64,000 bases of DNA from Eledone cirrhosa (lineage: Eukaryota). Below, in pieces: positions 53,180-64,000 of this stretch. The stretch's first letter is position 1; each line of letters opens with the position of its first letter. The position numbers and the translations under genes are program-made. The stretch spans positions 41,602,001 to 41,666,000 of the forward strand of contig OZ024740.1 of the NCBI GenBank assembly GCA_964016885.1, given 5' to 3'. The notes below the pieces were generated by a model. That model was not told the origin of the DNA. It saw only the letters and a list, made by a program, of their open reading frames with translations, and did no database searches.

Positions 53180-53659
53180 GTTAGTGGTGTTGATATTGTT
53201 GTTGTATTTGTTATTTTTTTTTTGTTATCTGTATTTTCGTTGTTGCTGTTACTGTCATTTTTTTCAAAATTAGTGTTCTTATTGGTATCATTGGTGTCTT
53301 TGTTTACCTTGTTTGTGGTGGTGTTTGTGTTATCAATGTGTGTTAATTTCGCTGTAGCGCTCCTCTCAACTTCTACGTCGTTGTCGCACGACAGCCGACA
53401 TATCGCTGGGGGCGTGGCTCAGCCATGTTTTTTTTTCTTCGTAAATCTTTTAACATGTAAAAAAAAATTTCAAATATTTGGGCCAAAAGGCCCAAATATG
53501 ATACTTTCCCCTTCACGGGGCAAAGTCTAAGGGCTTATATCCCTTACACAACAAGAAATATTTCACATCAAATAATTTTAATAGGCAAATAAAGCGACTT
53601 ACTGTGAGCGAGCAAAATACGTCCGCTTAGACCAATAATAATAATAATAATAATAATAA

Positions 53660-54534
53660 ATGGAAAATGCCCAGAAAGAGCTAACAATCCTGATGTTGAC
53701 AAAACTTTAACCCATCAGTGGTTGGCATCCTCTGGACTGAAATCGGAGACTGAAGGACTGATTATATCGGCACAAGATCAGTGTCTGCCAACAAAATATT
53801 ACCAAGCCAACATAATAAACAATGGCGGCAACCCATTATGCCGTATGTAAAAAACAACCAGAGACCATTGATCATATAATTTCATTGTGCAGTCCTATAG
53901 GTCCAACCGAATACCTAAACAGGTACCACAGAGTTTCACATTACATACATTGGATAATGTGTAAGCATTTTGACCTGCCCCATCAAAAGAATTGGTGGGA
54001 GCATCAACCACCTCCCATACTTGAAAAAGATCGCATCTCAATCTTGTGGAACTTTAGCATCCAAACAGACCGAAAAATAGATGCAAATAGACCTGATATA
54101 CTGAAAGACTTTAAAAAGAGGGTATGCCTGCTAATTGATATGTCCGTTCCAATAGACAAGAATGTATCTATAAAAACATTTGAAAAATTGAGCAAGTATA
54201 AGGACCTGGAGATAGAAATTAGAAAAATGTGGAAAGTGAGAACTAAAACAATACCAGTGGTTGTAGGCGCTCTAGGAATGATACCTAAGGGGTCTAATGA
54301 TTACTTATCGCAAATCCCAGGAAACCCCCGTATAGGAGAAATACAAAAGATAGTACTAATGGGAACTACCCATATACTAATGAAGATTCTGTCAATAAAA
54401 GTACATCACAAGTCTAAACACCTAAAGATGCATGAGTGTGTATGTATCTTCTTTCTTGAACATGTTGTCTCTTGAGGTCAGTGGTTGTGACTTGGTGATA
54501 ACTCGTATGAACATAAAGCAAGATAAATGCAACT

Positions 54535-54535
<1 letters not shown>
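53660..54535 (+). mobile_element. 5'-truncated R4/Dong-like element: CCHC knuckle, RLE endonuclease and 3' UTR, flanked by (TAA)n
   Basis: LKSETEGLIISAQDQ, C..C...ETIDHIISLC, NRPDI...IDMSVP...EKLSKYKDL, PVVVGALG. Ends directly in (TAA)n at 54536-54569. Confidence 0.9.
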
Positions 54536-54570
<35 letters not shown>

Positions 54571-54809
54571 CTTTCTTTATTAACCACAAGGGTTTACATA
54601 AAGTAGACATTAAGGACAGTACAGGACAATACATGACGGTACAAATGGGCATTTCTGCGTGTAAAAACAAAAAACAGAGGATGTAACAAAAAAATAACAA
54701 TGAAAAATTCCCCAATGGGGGGGGGGGGGAGAGACTTCCGAGGGAGATTTGTGGAGAAAGCCCATTAAAAGGCCACAGTGACCCTGACCACCAGGGCAAG
54801 TGCCGTGTC

Positions 54810-57800
54810 CTAGTTTTCCACCTTTAATTTACTGACACATACTCGGGCCATACTTGTTTCTCTCGACCATCTTTCAACAAAATGCTGGGAAGAGAGCACT
54901 TCCCTCTCTACCCTGATTTTCCTTTTCAAATGAAATTTGAAAAAGTTAATCAGGGCATCACCGAAGAGATAAGTGCTCGTCTTCAGCCCTTTCAAACGTG
55001 TCCACCATACTATCTCTTTCGCCATGGCCACCAGACAGATAAAAACTGCCTGCCCTTCCCGGCTAAAGGAAGAGGGCAGGGAAATCCTCACGATGGACTC
55101 AGCTGATAACTGGATCCGTCCTACACGTGACAGCAGGTGTTAGACATAAACCCACAAGTCAGCAATGCTCGGACACTGGACGAGTGCGTGCAGGACGGTT
55201 TCGTCGCCCTGTGCGCATCTCGGACATGCCCGGCTGACGGCACCTCCATGCCTGTAGAGTTTATCCCTAACTGGAAAAGCTCCTCGGTAGCACTGCCAGG
55301 CCAGGGATTTCTGGAAGTTGTCCATAGGCCCCGGCTCGAAAGTTCTTTTGTAGAGATTGGCTAGTTGATTTTCGTCGACGTCTAGAGTTTCCCCAAGTAC
55401 GTCGTCGCTCTTCCCCTCCACTAATCCTCTATAGAACGCCAATGTGGAGTTTCCACCGATCACATTGCCCGATTGGTCGAGGGCTGTGAGCGCCTGAAGA
55501 CATTCCAGTCTCCAAGCGCTCCCTCTCGGTCTTCGCTTGACCCAGGACTGCAGCTCCGTCAAGGAGACGAGCTGGGGAAAAACGTGTCTTGCAAACGGCG
55601 ACCACACCTGATCACCGTCGAGGAAGAGGTGGAGATGTCGTAGCCTGAGCGCGTGTCTGCGCATCATCAGCCACGGCATGCCCAGCCCTCCACGTAGCGG
55701 GTGTTGACAGCAGATGGACCGCCTGACCATCGGAGCGCGTCCCTTCCACAAGAAGCGAAAGAGCAAACGCTCCCGCGCACTCAGGCGGGGCTTAGGACAA
55801 GGTACGACGGTCAGGCGGTAGTAGATGACGGATGCGATGTACGCATTCGCCACCTCCGCTCGACCTTTCAGGGATAGCTTCCTCTCGGCCCATTTCTGGG
55901 TGAGAGAAGCCACCCTGCTCGTCACCTCGTCCCAGTTTTTGTCCGTCTGGAGGTCTGGACCGAACCAGACCCCTAGCAATTTAACCGGTCCGTCCGTCCA
56001 GCGCCCGACGACGCTGTTGGACGGCATGGACCTGCCTCTCCAGGTGCCGAGCTGCAGGCCCACTGACTTTTCCTGGTTGATCATTGCTCCTGTCACCGCT
56101 TCGTATTCTTTTAGTGTAGTGCCGATCGCCTCGATGTGTTTGGCGTTCGACACCACTACGGTGACATCGTCGGCATATGCTGACACGGATCTTCCGCATC
56201 CTAGTTCGCGCGGGACCCCCCTCAACGTCTCCAGTTTGTGCAGTAATGGGTCGAGAGTCAATACGTAGAAGAGGGACGAGAGGGGACATCCTTGGCGGAC
56301 CAAGCGCATGATGTAGAACGGTTCCGAAAGGTGACCTTTCACTCTCACCACAGAGCAGATGTCGCTGTGCATGGCAGCGATCCAGCCTCTGAAGACAGGC
56401 CCAAAGCCAGCCGCCCTCAGGACTGCTGCTAGGTAACGATGGTCGACCCTATCGAAAGCTTTCGACTGATCTAAATTGATCAAGGATCCACCCGTGCCAG
56501 GTTCCCTAGCTACCCTCTCTACGATGTATCGCATGGGTTGGAGGTTGTCGTGGATGGATCTGTCGGGAATGGCGCATGTCTGCGCCTCTCTCATCAGACC
56601 ACCAACGACAAGCGCCAACCTCTTTGCTAGCACCTTGGCCAAAATCTTGAACTCTGCGTTTAGCAGAGTTATGGGCCTGAAATTATCTATGTTATCCCCC
56701 TTGTTCGGATCCTTTCTCAGCAGCGCCACAGCTTCTCGGCTCACAGAGTTGGGAATTCTCCCGTTCTGTTGCCAGTTGCAGTAGACGTCCGCCAAGAGGC
56801 CTCCGAACAAGTCTGGCATCTGTACATAAAGTTCATAGGGCAGACCATCCAAACCAGGCGATTTACCCCTTGTGCAGCCAGCCACTGCCTCCGGTACTTC
56901 AGCGGCTGTTATCGGCTTTTCGCAACACTCCGCCTCAGTAACCGAGAGCCGCGGCAGTCCGTCGAGGTAGACACTAAAGTCCATCCCTCGATCCGGCCCG
57001 CCACTGCCCCCGAATAGCTGGGCGAAGTGTCGCTGGAAAGCTTCACACATTTGCCCGGGATCGAGTAGCATATGCCCGTTGTGGTCCACCAAAGACCGGA
57101 TCGTGGCTTTGTTGCCACTCGGGCCCATTGAACGGCTTTCTTCCCCTCGTGTCTGAGAGCACGCACCCTAGCTCTGACAACGCAGCTTTTGTGCTTTGCA
57201 TTGAAGAATTGGTTAAGGGCCAATTTCGCCGCAAGTACGTCGGTCGCGATGCCTTTGCTAAGCGCCTCGTCTAATTTTCTAACTAGTTCTCCCTCCGCTC
57301 TATTTTTCTCTATTGCTAAAGTCTTACTAAGCCTAATGGACTCTATTCTAATCGCTCTTTTCAGAGCAAACCACCACTTGTTGTTGTCGATGGCCCCCGT
57401 CAACGCCCGCTTAACTAGTTCGCTAATCCGGTCTCTGTAGGCCTTGCGCACTGGTAAGGACGCGTTTAGCTGCCAGTAGCCGGGTCCTCGTCTATGAAGT
57501 CTATCTAAGTCAAGCACACAGATCACGAATTTGTGGTCCGTGTAGCTGATTATCTTGAATTGTGGACAGCCTATGCTAGACCTATCTATTTCCCTACAAA
57601 ATACTCTATCTAGATATGATCTGGATGACCCTATGCGATTTGTCCAAGTCCACATTGGCACATTCGGGAAATACAATCGGTACCTGTCGGACAGTTCAAA
57701 CGCCTGAGCAGGTTGGTGAGGCTCTTGCACCCTCCTCCCCTATCCGCTAATCCCACACAGTCCCAGCGTGCATCTAAGATCCCGTTCCAGTCGCCCACTA

Positions 57801-58197
57801 ACACTAAAGAGCGGGACGTTCCAAGAAAGGTCTCCAGACGCCAGAAGAAATCAGGCCGCCCTGCTCCTGTCGGGGCACCGACGGCCACTAGCCTGAAAGC
57901 TTGCCCGTCTCCGCTGGTCACGTCCAGCACCACCAACTTACCTTCTGGGTCCAGGAAGATGGCCCGTATGGCAAGATTCAAACCTCTCCGAAAAAGCACA
58001 GCAACTCTACCCCCCGATTCAGGACGGCTGGGAGATGCGTACACATCGTAGCCGTCGACGATCGGTGTGAAGGCCTGTGCTTCGCTGATGGCCACTACAT
58101 CTATGTTTAGTGACCTGAGGTCGTTGAGCAGGTGGCGCTGCTTCCATGACGACCCCAAGCCACGCGCATTTATGCTGCCTATTCTGAGTGAGGTCAT
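54810..58197 (-). pseudogene. E2 ORF2: APE, RT and CCHC, frameshifted
   Basis: INARGL, GDWN, SYLDRVF, TDH, KSPGLDG, DQSKAFDRV, RQGCPLS, YADD, CPRCAQGDETVLHALVQC across ORFs 57631-58197, 56909-57730, 55140-57128 and 54810-55091. Confidence 0.93.
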
Positions 58198-58229
58198 GTT
58201 GAAATGGAGTGGAAAAGATGGGAAAGACC

Positions 58230-58238
58230 ACTTACCTT
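58230..58238 (-). promoter_or_regulatory. Consensus 5' splice site AAG|GTAAGT at the E2 ORF1 stop
   Basis: Minus strand GAAGTAAG|GTAAGTGG; first intron base 58235, 38 nt before the ORF2 ATG. Use is not demonstrated. Confidence 0.55.
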
Positions 58239-60162
58239 ACTTCTCGTAGATGAAGGATGGTTTCTCCATCCTTTTCACCGCTTGTGGCCTCCTCCGGAAG
58301 GATGTCCTTATAAATCCTCCTGGAGAGTGCTTGTCGGAAGTCTCCGATGTCTTTGGGGAATTTTTGTTTTAGTGTCGTGTACGTTTTCTGTGTGATGCGA
58401 GTGATTTGTATGTGTGCAGGTGGTGTGAACTTTTGGGTTGTTGTGTAGTCTTTTTCTGTGATGCTGGTGTTGTGTTGGATGTAGAGTAATAATTGCTTGT
58501 TGTTCAAATTTAATGCTGCGTAGTGTGTATCGTTTTGGTTGTTTTGTTTCGTTTGCGTTTGTTGTGGGTTTGTTTTTGTTTCGCTTTCTGGTGACTTTTG
58601 TGGTGTTGGTAATGGTGGTGTTGGGGTTAACGATGGTGATGGTGTTGGTGTTTGTGGTGATGGGGTTGGTGATGCTGGTGTGGATGGTGGCATATCTGTC
58701 CTAACTTTTTTGTTTGATAGTTTATTTGTTTCCCTCTGTATTTTGTTTTTGGAGTGGGAAGGAAGAGGATTTTTTATTTTTTGGTTTCTTTTTGTTTTTT
58801 TCTTTTTTCCTGATACCGTTTCCCCACTCCTTGTCGTCACAATCTGTCTCCAGTTGCGATATGTCGGGGACTGAAAAATCCTCCACAGGCGTTGATTTTG
58901 GTTGTGGCGTAGTGGATAGTGTAGGCGCTGGTGCTAGTTCTGGCGCGTTGGGTGGTGGTGGTGTTGGTTTTGCTACTGTTGCTGGGGTTGTTGCTGTTAC
59001 AGTTGCTTCTGTTGTTGCTGCTACAGTTGTTGCTGCTATTTCTGCTGCTGGTGGTGTTGATGGTTGAGTCACTGGAGTGGGTAAGAGAGGTGGCCTCAAC
59101 CTTTTAGCCTGAGGGCAGAAAGCCCTAAGGTGGGTTCCTTCACCACAAACGACACACCTAGGCCTTCTGCCCACGACGATTACTGTGAGGTGGCTGCCGT
59201 CAGTGAGGTCTATTACCTCTGGGATTTCCTCAATGCTTTTTTGGTCCGCTTGGTTCAGGAGCTCCATCCCAGATCCGGACCAGTTCTTCTGCTTTTCTTT
59301 CGCTATTTCGATTATCTTGGTGTTGGCCTCGATGCCGGCGAGGACGGCAGCCATTAGCCAGGGAATTTCGATGGCCGGTAGAAAGTGGGTCACTCTGATC
59401 TTCACGAGTCTCTGGCCACAATAGCTTGGGACGAGTGTGAAGTGGTCACTTCTTAATGGGGCCATGGAGTGTTCTCTGGCCTCCTGTGGTGTTTCAAAGA
59501 ACACGTCCACGGTTCCATATTTCTGCCCACGTCTGATGTGGGTTTTTTTTGCCCACACATGTCCCAAAGCTTTTTGGATTTGGGACTCGGATGCCCGTTC
59601 CACTCGGCGCAATTTTATGTTAATCGTCCGATAAGACACGGTGCATAGGCGCCGATGGTCCATTTTATTAGGGGGGGGGGCTGACCCTGTACCCATCTTT
59701 CTTTACCATTCTCTTAGCTTCATCTAATTCCTCCTGAGTTACCTGGATTGCTTCGCACTTTTTTGCTACTCTGGCAAAAGACAGGGTGGTTTTCTTATTC
59801 TCATTATTGTTGCTGTTGTTGTTATCGTTATTTTCAGTTATTGTTATTTGAAGTTTCAGTTGTAGTGGTGGTGGCGTCAGTGGTGTTCGGTGTGGAAGAT
59901 TCCATTCTGGGTGAAACCATTTCGATGTCATGAGATAATTTATTTTTTTCTTTTGTTTCTGTTGTCGCTGTTGTGGTGGTGGGGTGGCGGCTTCAACACC
60001 TGCAGTCATTGGTAATGGCGGGAAATGAATGTCTGCATGATACAAATTTAAATTATTGCTACTGCTTATATTTTTAGTGTTGGCAAACGTAGTCATATTT
60101 ACAATGGTGGTGTCGGTGTGAGGTGTTAGTTTGTGAGGAAGGTGTGACTGTGAGTCGTCCAT
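58232..60162 (-). pseudogene. E2 ORF1, frameshifted
   Basis: CVVCGEGTHLRAFC knuckle; RGQKYGTV aligns with E1 RGRQYGTI; FPKDIG aligns with E1 FPRDVG. Confidence 0.85.
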
Positions 60163-60375
60163 GATTTTTTCAAAGAAAATTTTCTTTGATAATTATAAAA
60201 ATTTAAATTTTGGGCTCAAGGCCCCAAACTCTTTGAGTTTCCTTTTCAGAAAACAATGTATGTGCACTTATATACAGTTAACAATAAACATTTTCCATAA
60301 ATGGCAATTTTAAACAACTGAAAACAACAAACATTTGCGGAGCTCACGATAATACGATTTTCTACGTAGGTCGCC

Positions 60376-60432
<57 letters not shown>

Positions 60433-60979
60433 AGGGAAGAAGACGCACACGATGGAAAGAAGGTCATGAAATCGCTCCCGTAAGTTTTTGATTTTAAACA
60501 TATTTAAATCAATTGTGAAATAACAATTCTTAGTACAAATGATGCATAAAACAACAGACTCAAGTTTCAGGAAAATTCGGATCCATAATATATTGTTATA
60601 TCGCTCAAATATTCAATTTTGTAATATACATTTTACATTCAAAAAAGAAAATGGTTATAAATGGAAGAAAACCCCCTCTGTCTACACTATATAGAACAGC
60701 CAAATAACAGCAATTTCACCAACCCCACAAACTAGATACACCACCTACCCCATCACTCCTCTGTGTACACTAAATACAACAGCCATATAACGGCAATTTC
60801 ACCACCACCACCACCAATCCCAGCATAATAATTATAATTACTATTATTATTGTCTCAAGTTTTCACAAAATGTTTATTTCCAATATTAAGAAAATATGTC
60901 AACATATATACGCGACTAACCGCATAGATTCACCGATCAAACAAAAATACAGTCAATTCAACAAAACTCAGTAACGACA

Positions 60980-61500
60980 ACGCCATCACTACAGTCACCG
61001 CCGCCACCACCCATCCATCATTACTACCACTATCCCATCACCGCCGCCACCACTCCTTCATTGCTACCACCGCTATTCCTTCATTACCTTCTGTTAACTT
61101 ACGAAAGGGGAAGGTGGCGGTATCACTAGACAATATTAATAAACAATATTAATATTTAATTTCGGATCAGGAATGTTAGAGTCGAAAAGGAGAAAAATGG
61201 CAAAATGACTAAATAGCTAAATAGCTAAAGATAATTTTACCACCAACACCACCACCACTACCACGCTAAAAATCTGGTCAAGTTGCCTCAACCGCTATTT
61301 CTACTCCAACTTCAACACCATTACTACAGTACTACGATCACATCACCACCACCACTGCCTCATTATCGCTACCGCCGCTATTCTCTCCCACTACCTCCTG
61401 CTAGGTACTACTAGCACAGCACCACCACCACCACCACCACCACCACCACCACCACTGTCTCATTATCACTACCGCCGCTATTCTCTCCCACTAGCCCCTG
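60980..61500. repeat. CAC-rich low-complexity region with diverged repeats (CACCACCACTG.CTCATTATC.CTACCGCCGCTATTCTCTCCCACTA)
   Basis: Unit at about 61345-61393 and 61445-61493, related copies at about 61000-61090; (CAC)n at 61420-61453. Confidence 0.75.
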
Positions 61501-61774
61501 CTACATCGTAGTGTCCCCACTAAAAGAGGAAGGCATCAAAATATATAAATAGACTGAATTGATGACCCGGTCAAAATCAAAAAACCAAAAATCAAAATCA
61601 AAGCAGCACAGCAGCAACGAAAAACGTAATGAAAAGAAAAATGAAGAGAAAAACAAACAGACGGACAGAGAAGGGAAGGGAAAAACTAAGTCAGACATTC
61701 AAACATTACATTACAATGAAACTTATGCTTATTCATTTTTTTTTTTTTTTTGGCTGTTTGTTTGTTTGTTTGTT

Positions 61775-64000
61775 CGTCTACAGCGTGATAATACCACACA
61801 AAAATCACCGGGAGTGACGAAATCACCGGTGGTTATGTAACCATACATTCGCCAATCCTCGATAAGAGTGTTTAAATGTCGAACCTAGACAGTTCGAATA
61901 ACGGTGAAATGGAGACTAGAATGTCATGTAACAGACTCTCACCCAACAGGTGCTCCATGGCTCAGCAGCAGGGACCTGGCTGTCAACCAAATACTGCTGG
62001 TGTCGGAGGAAGAAGAAGAAGGAAAGGGACCAGAACCAACTGGACGAAAGAATTGAATAGAACTGTTATGCAATGTTACCTGAACAGTAACCCCAAGGAG
62101 AAAGGCTATAGGAAAAAGGATGCATAACATCTGGAACGAGATTGGTTTATTTAAATTAGATGAACAAAAATTGGCCGGGCAGGCTCGGGTAATAAGAACT
62201 AATGGGTGGATAAGCGAGCTGGAACTGGAGGAACTGAGCAGAGAGATTAGGTTGGAAATGGAGAGTGGAGTATGCCAGGCAAACGAGCCAGTGGGAAATG
62301 AAGGTGAAGAGGTCGAGAGAACGGAGGAACCACCCGAAGCAGACAATGATCTGAATGCTGAAATAAATAATACCTGGAACAGAGATACGGCCACTGATGA
62401 GATGAATGCTGACGGGCTAGGACAGATTTAGTTGATATCCTAAACTTAGTGGTAGATGAATTGAACAATGATAGTGGGAAACCTATGAACCTAAGATTTG
62501 TAGACAGGAAAAAGTTAAAAGAAACAACAGTTAAGGTAAACAAAGTCATCCCATACCTTGAGGCGAGGAGCCTTCACCAGTGCAACAATATCCTCAAAGC
62601 AACAGCAAATACGGCGAGGAAACTACTTGGTATAAAAGCGAGAGGAAACAACAAACAAGAAAGATCAGAGCCTTGGTGGAAGAAACGACTGAGTGGTCAA
62701 ATCAGGGAAATGAGAAATGACATTGGAAAGCTTGAGTCCCTACTGAATGGGACACTAAAAATCATAGACACTAAAAATAGACTGGAAATAAAGTACAAAA
62801 CTAGGAGGAAAAAGCTAAATATTATCATAAAGGAACTGAAGCAACGCATTGTAGCAAAGAGTGCAAAAATCAGGCGATACGAGAAGAGAGTCAGTCAGTA
62901 TAGACAGAACCGCATGTTCGACAACAACCAGAAGATGCTGTTTGGACAGCTTGAAGGAAAAGAAAGAGGCGGAACAAACTAAAACATTCTGGAGAGGAAT
63001 ATGGGAGCAGGATGTTAAACATAATGACCAGGCAGTGTGGATTGAGACAGTACAGAAGGAGATTAGTGAACAGGCACACCAAAAAAACTGATTTAAGTAT
63101 CGCAGTTGAAACTCTTAAGGGGCAGGCCAAAAACTAACCAACTGGAAATCACCAGGCCCAGATGGTGTGCAGGGGTATTGGATTAAAAATATAACATCCC
63201 TCCACCCGAAACTGACAACCATGTTCAATGACTGCTTGATGTCAGGTGAGGTACCAGAGTGGTACCACAGTTCTGATAATGAAAGACCGAATCAAGGGTA
63301 ATGATGTTACCAACTATAGACCTATCACATGTCTGTCCGTAATGTGGAAACTGTTGACAAGCATTATGTCTGAGGAAATCTACCATCACCTCCACACAAA
63401 CAACTTGTTACCGGACGAACAGAAAGAATGCCGAAAGAAGTCACGTGGTACAAAGGACCAGTTACTTATTGATAAGATGGTAATGAGGAATTGCAAGAGG
63501 AGACACACTGGTCTTGCCATGGGATGGATAGACTACAAAAAGGCATTTTACATGGTGCCTCATTCTTGGATCACCAAAAGCCTGGAGATCTTCAAGGTGG
63601 CAGATAACATCAGACAGTTGTTGGGCAAAAGTATGAAGTCCTGGGAAACAGAGTTAACATCAACTGGAGAATCCTTGGGAAGCGTGAAGATCAAGAGAGG
63701 TATCTTCCAGGGAGATAGTCTGTCCCCTCTGTTGTTTGTCCTTGCCCTGATGCTCCTGACCAGTGTACTGCGAAAAGTGAGAGCAGGATACAGGTTGGGA
63801 AAGGGAAGGCTTACCATCAATTACCTCCTCTTCATGGACGATCTTAAGCTCTTCGGGAAGAGTGAGAGGAGTTGGATGTGCTTGTTGACACTGTCCGTAT
63901 TTTCAGCAATGATATATGTATGCAATTTGGTATTAGTAAGTGTGGAGTCCTTGTGATGAAGAGGGGTAAATTGAGCAGAAACAACGGAATCCAGGTACCA
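61775..64000 (+). mobile_element. R4/Dong-like non-LTR retrotransposon, 5' part, frameshifted, continuing off the window
   Basis: N-terminal NWTKELNRTVMQCY..S.P..GYRK..W.EIG.F...[66 protein letters not shown]. Confidence 0.9.

Larger units (their letters stand above)
47727..53633 (-). mobile_element. Near-full-length L1/Tx1-clade LINE (element E1) inserted in (AAT)n
   Basis: ORF1 with zinc knuckle; ORF2 with APE, RT and CCHC. Flanked by (AAT)n at 47711-47726 and 53634-53659. Confidence 0.93.
54570..60375 (-). mobile_element. Near-full-length L1/Tx1-clade LINE (element E2, divergent from E1) inserted in (AAT)n
   Basis: Same organisation as E1; flanked by (AAT)n at 54536-54569 and 60376-60433. 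Confidence 0.93.

Overview
Eukaryotic, gene-free, repeat-saturated window. The SINE types and AT microsatellites look like an octopus/cephalopod-type genome (inference). 1-17360 is a 19-bp satellite with internal multi-kb duplications. 17.4-47.4 kb is a mosaic of tRNA-type SINEs, a decayed R4/Dong-like LINE, minisatellites, and many Penelope-like element (PLE) insertions in (TA)n/(CA)n tracts. These include a Neptune-like copy, a copy with a CxCx5C linker and 1.3-kb inverted arms, and at least seven miniature fold-back insertions. About a dozen type-I hammerhead ribozyme motifs lie in them, several with long stem-II inserts. 47.7-60.4 kb is one (AAT)n tract expanded by two near-full-length, divergent Tx1-like LINEs plus an R4/Dong 3' fragment. 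A further R4/Dong-like element runs off the right edge. The most unusual signal: both Tx1-like LINEs carry a perfect AG|GTAAGT splice donor at the ORF1 stop, 38-39 nt before the ORF2 ATG, with an acceptor-like site in the 3' UTR. ORF2 may therefore sit inside a spliceable intron. No host gene, rRNA, true tRNA or CRISPR array is supported. All calls were made by eye; no database searches were run.
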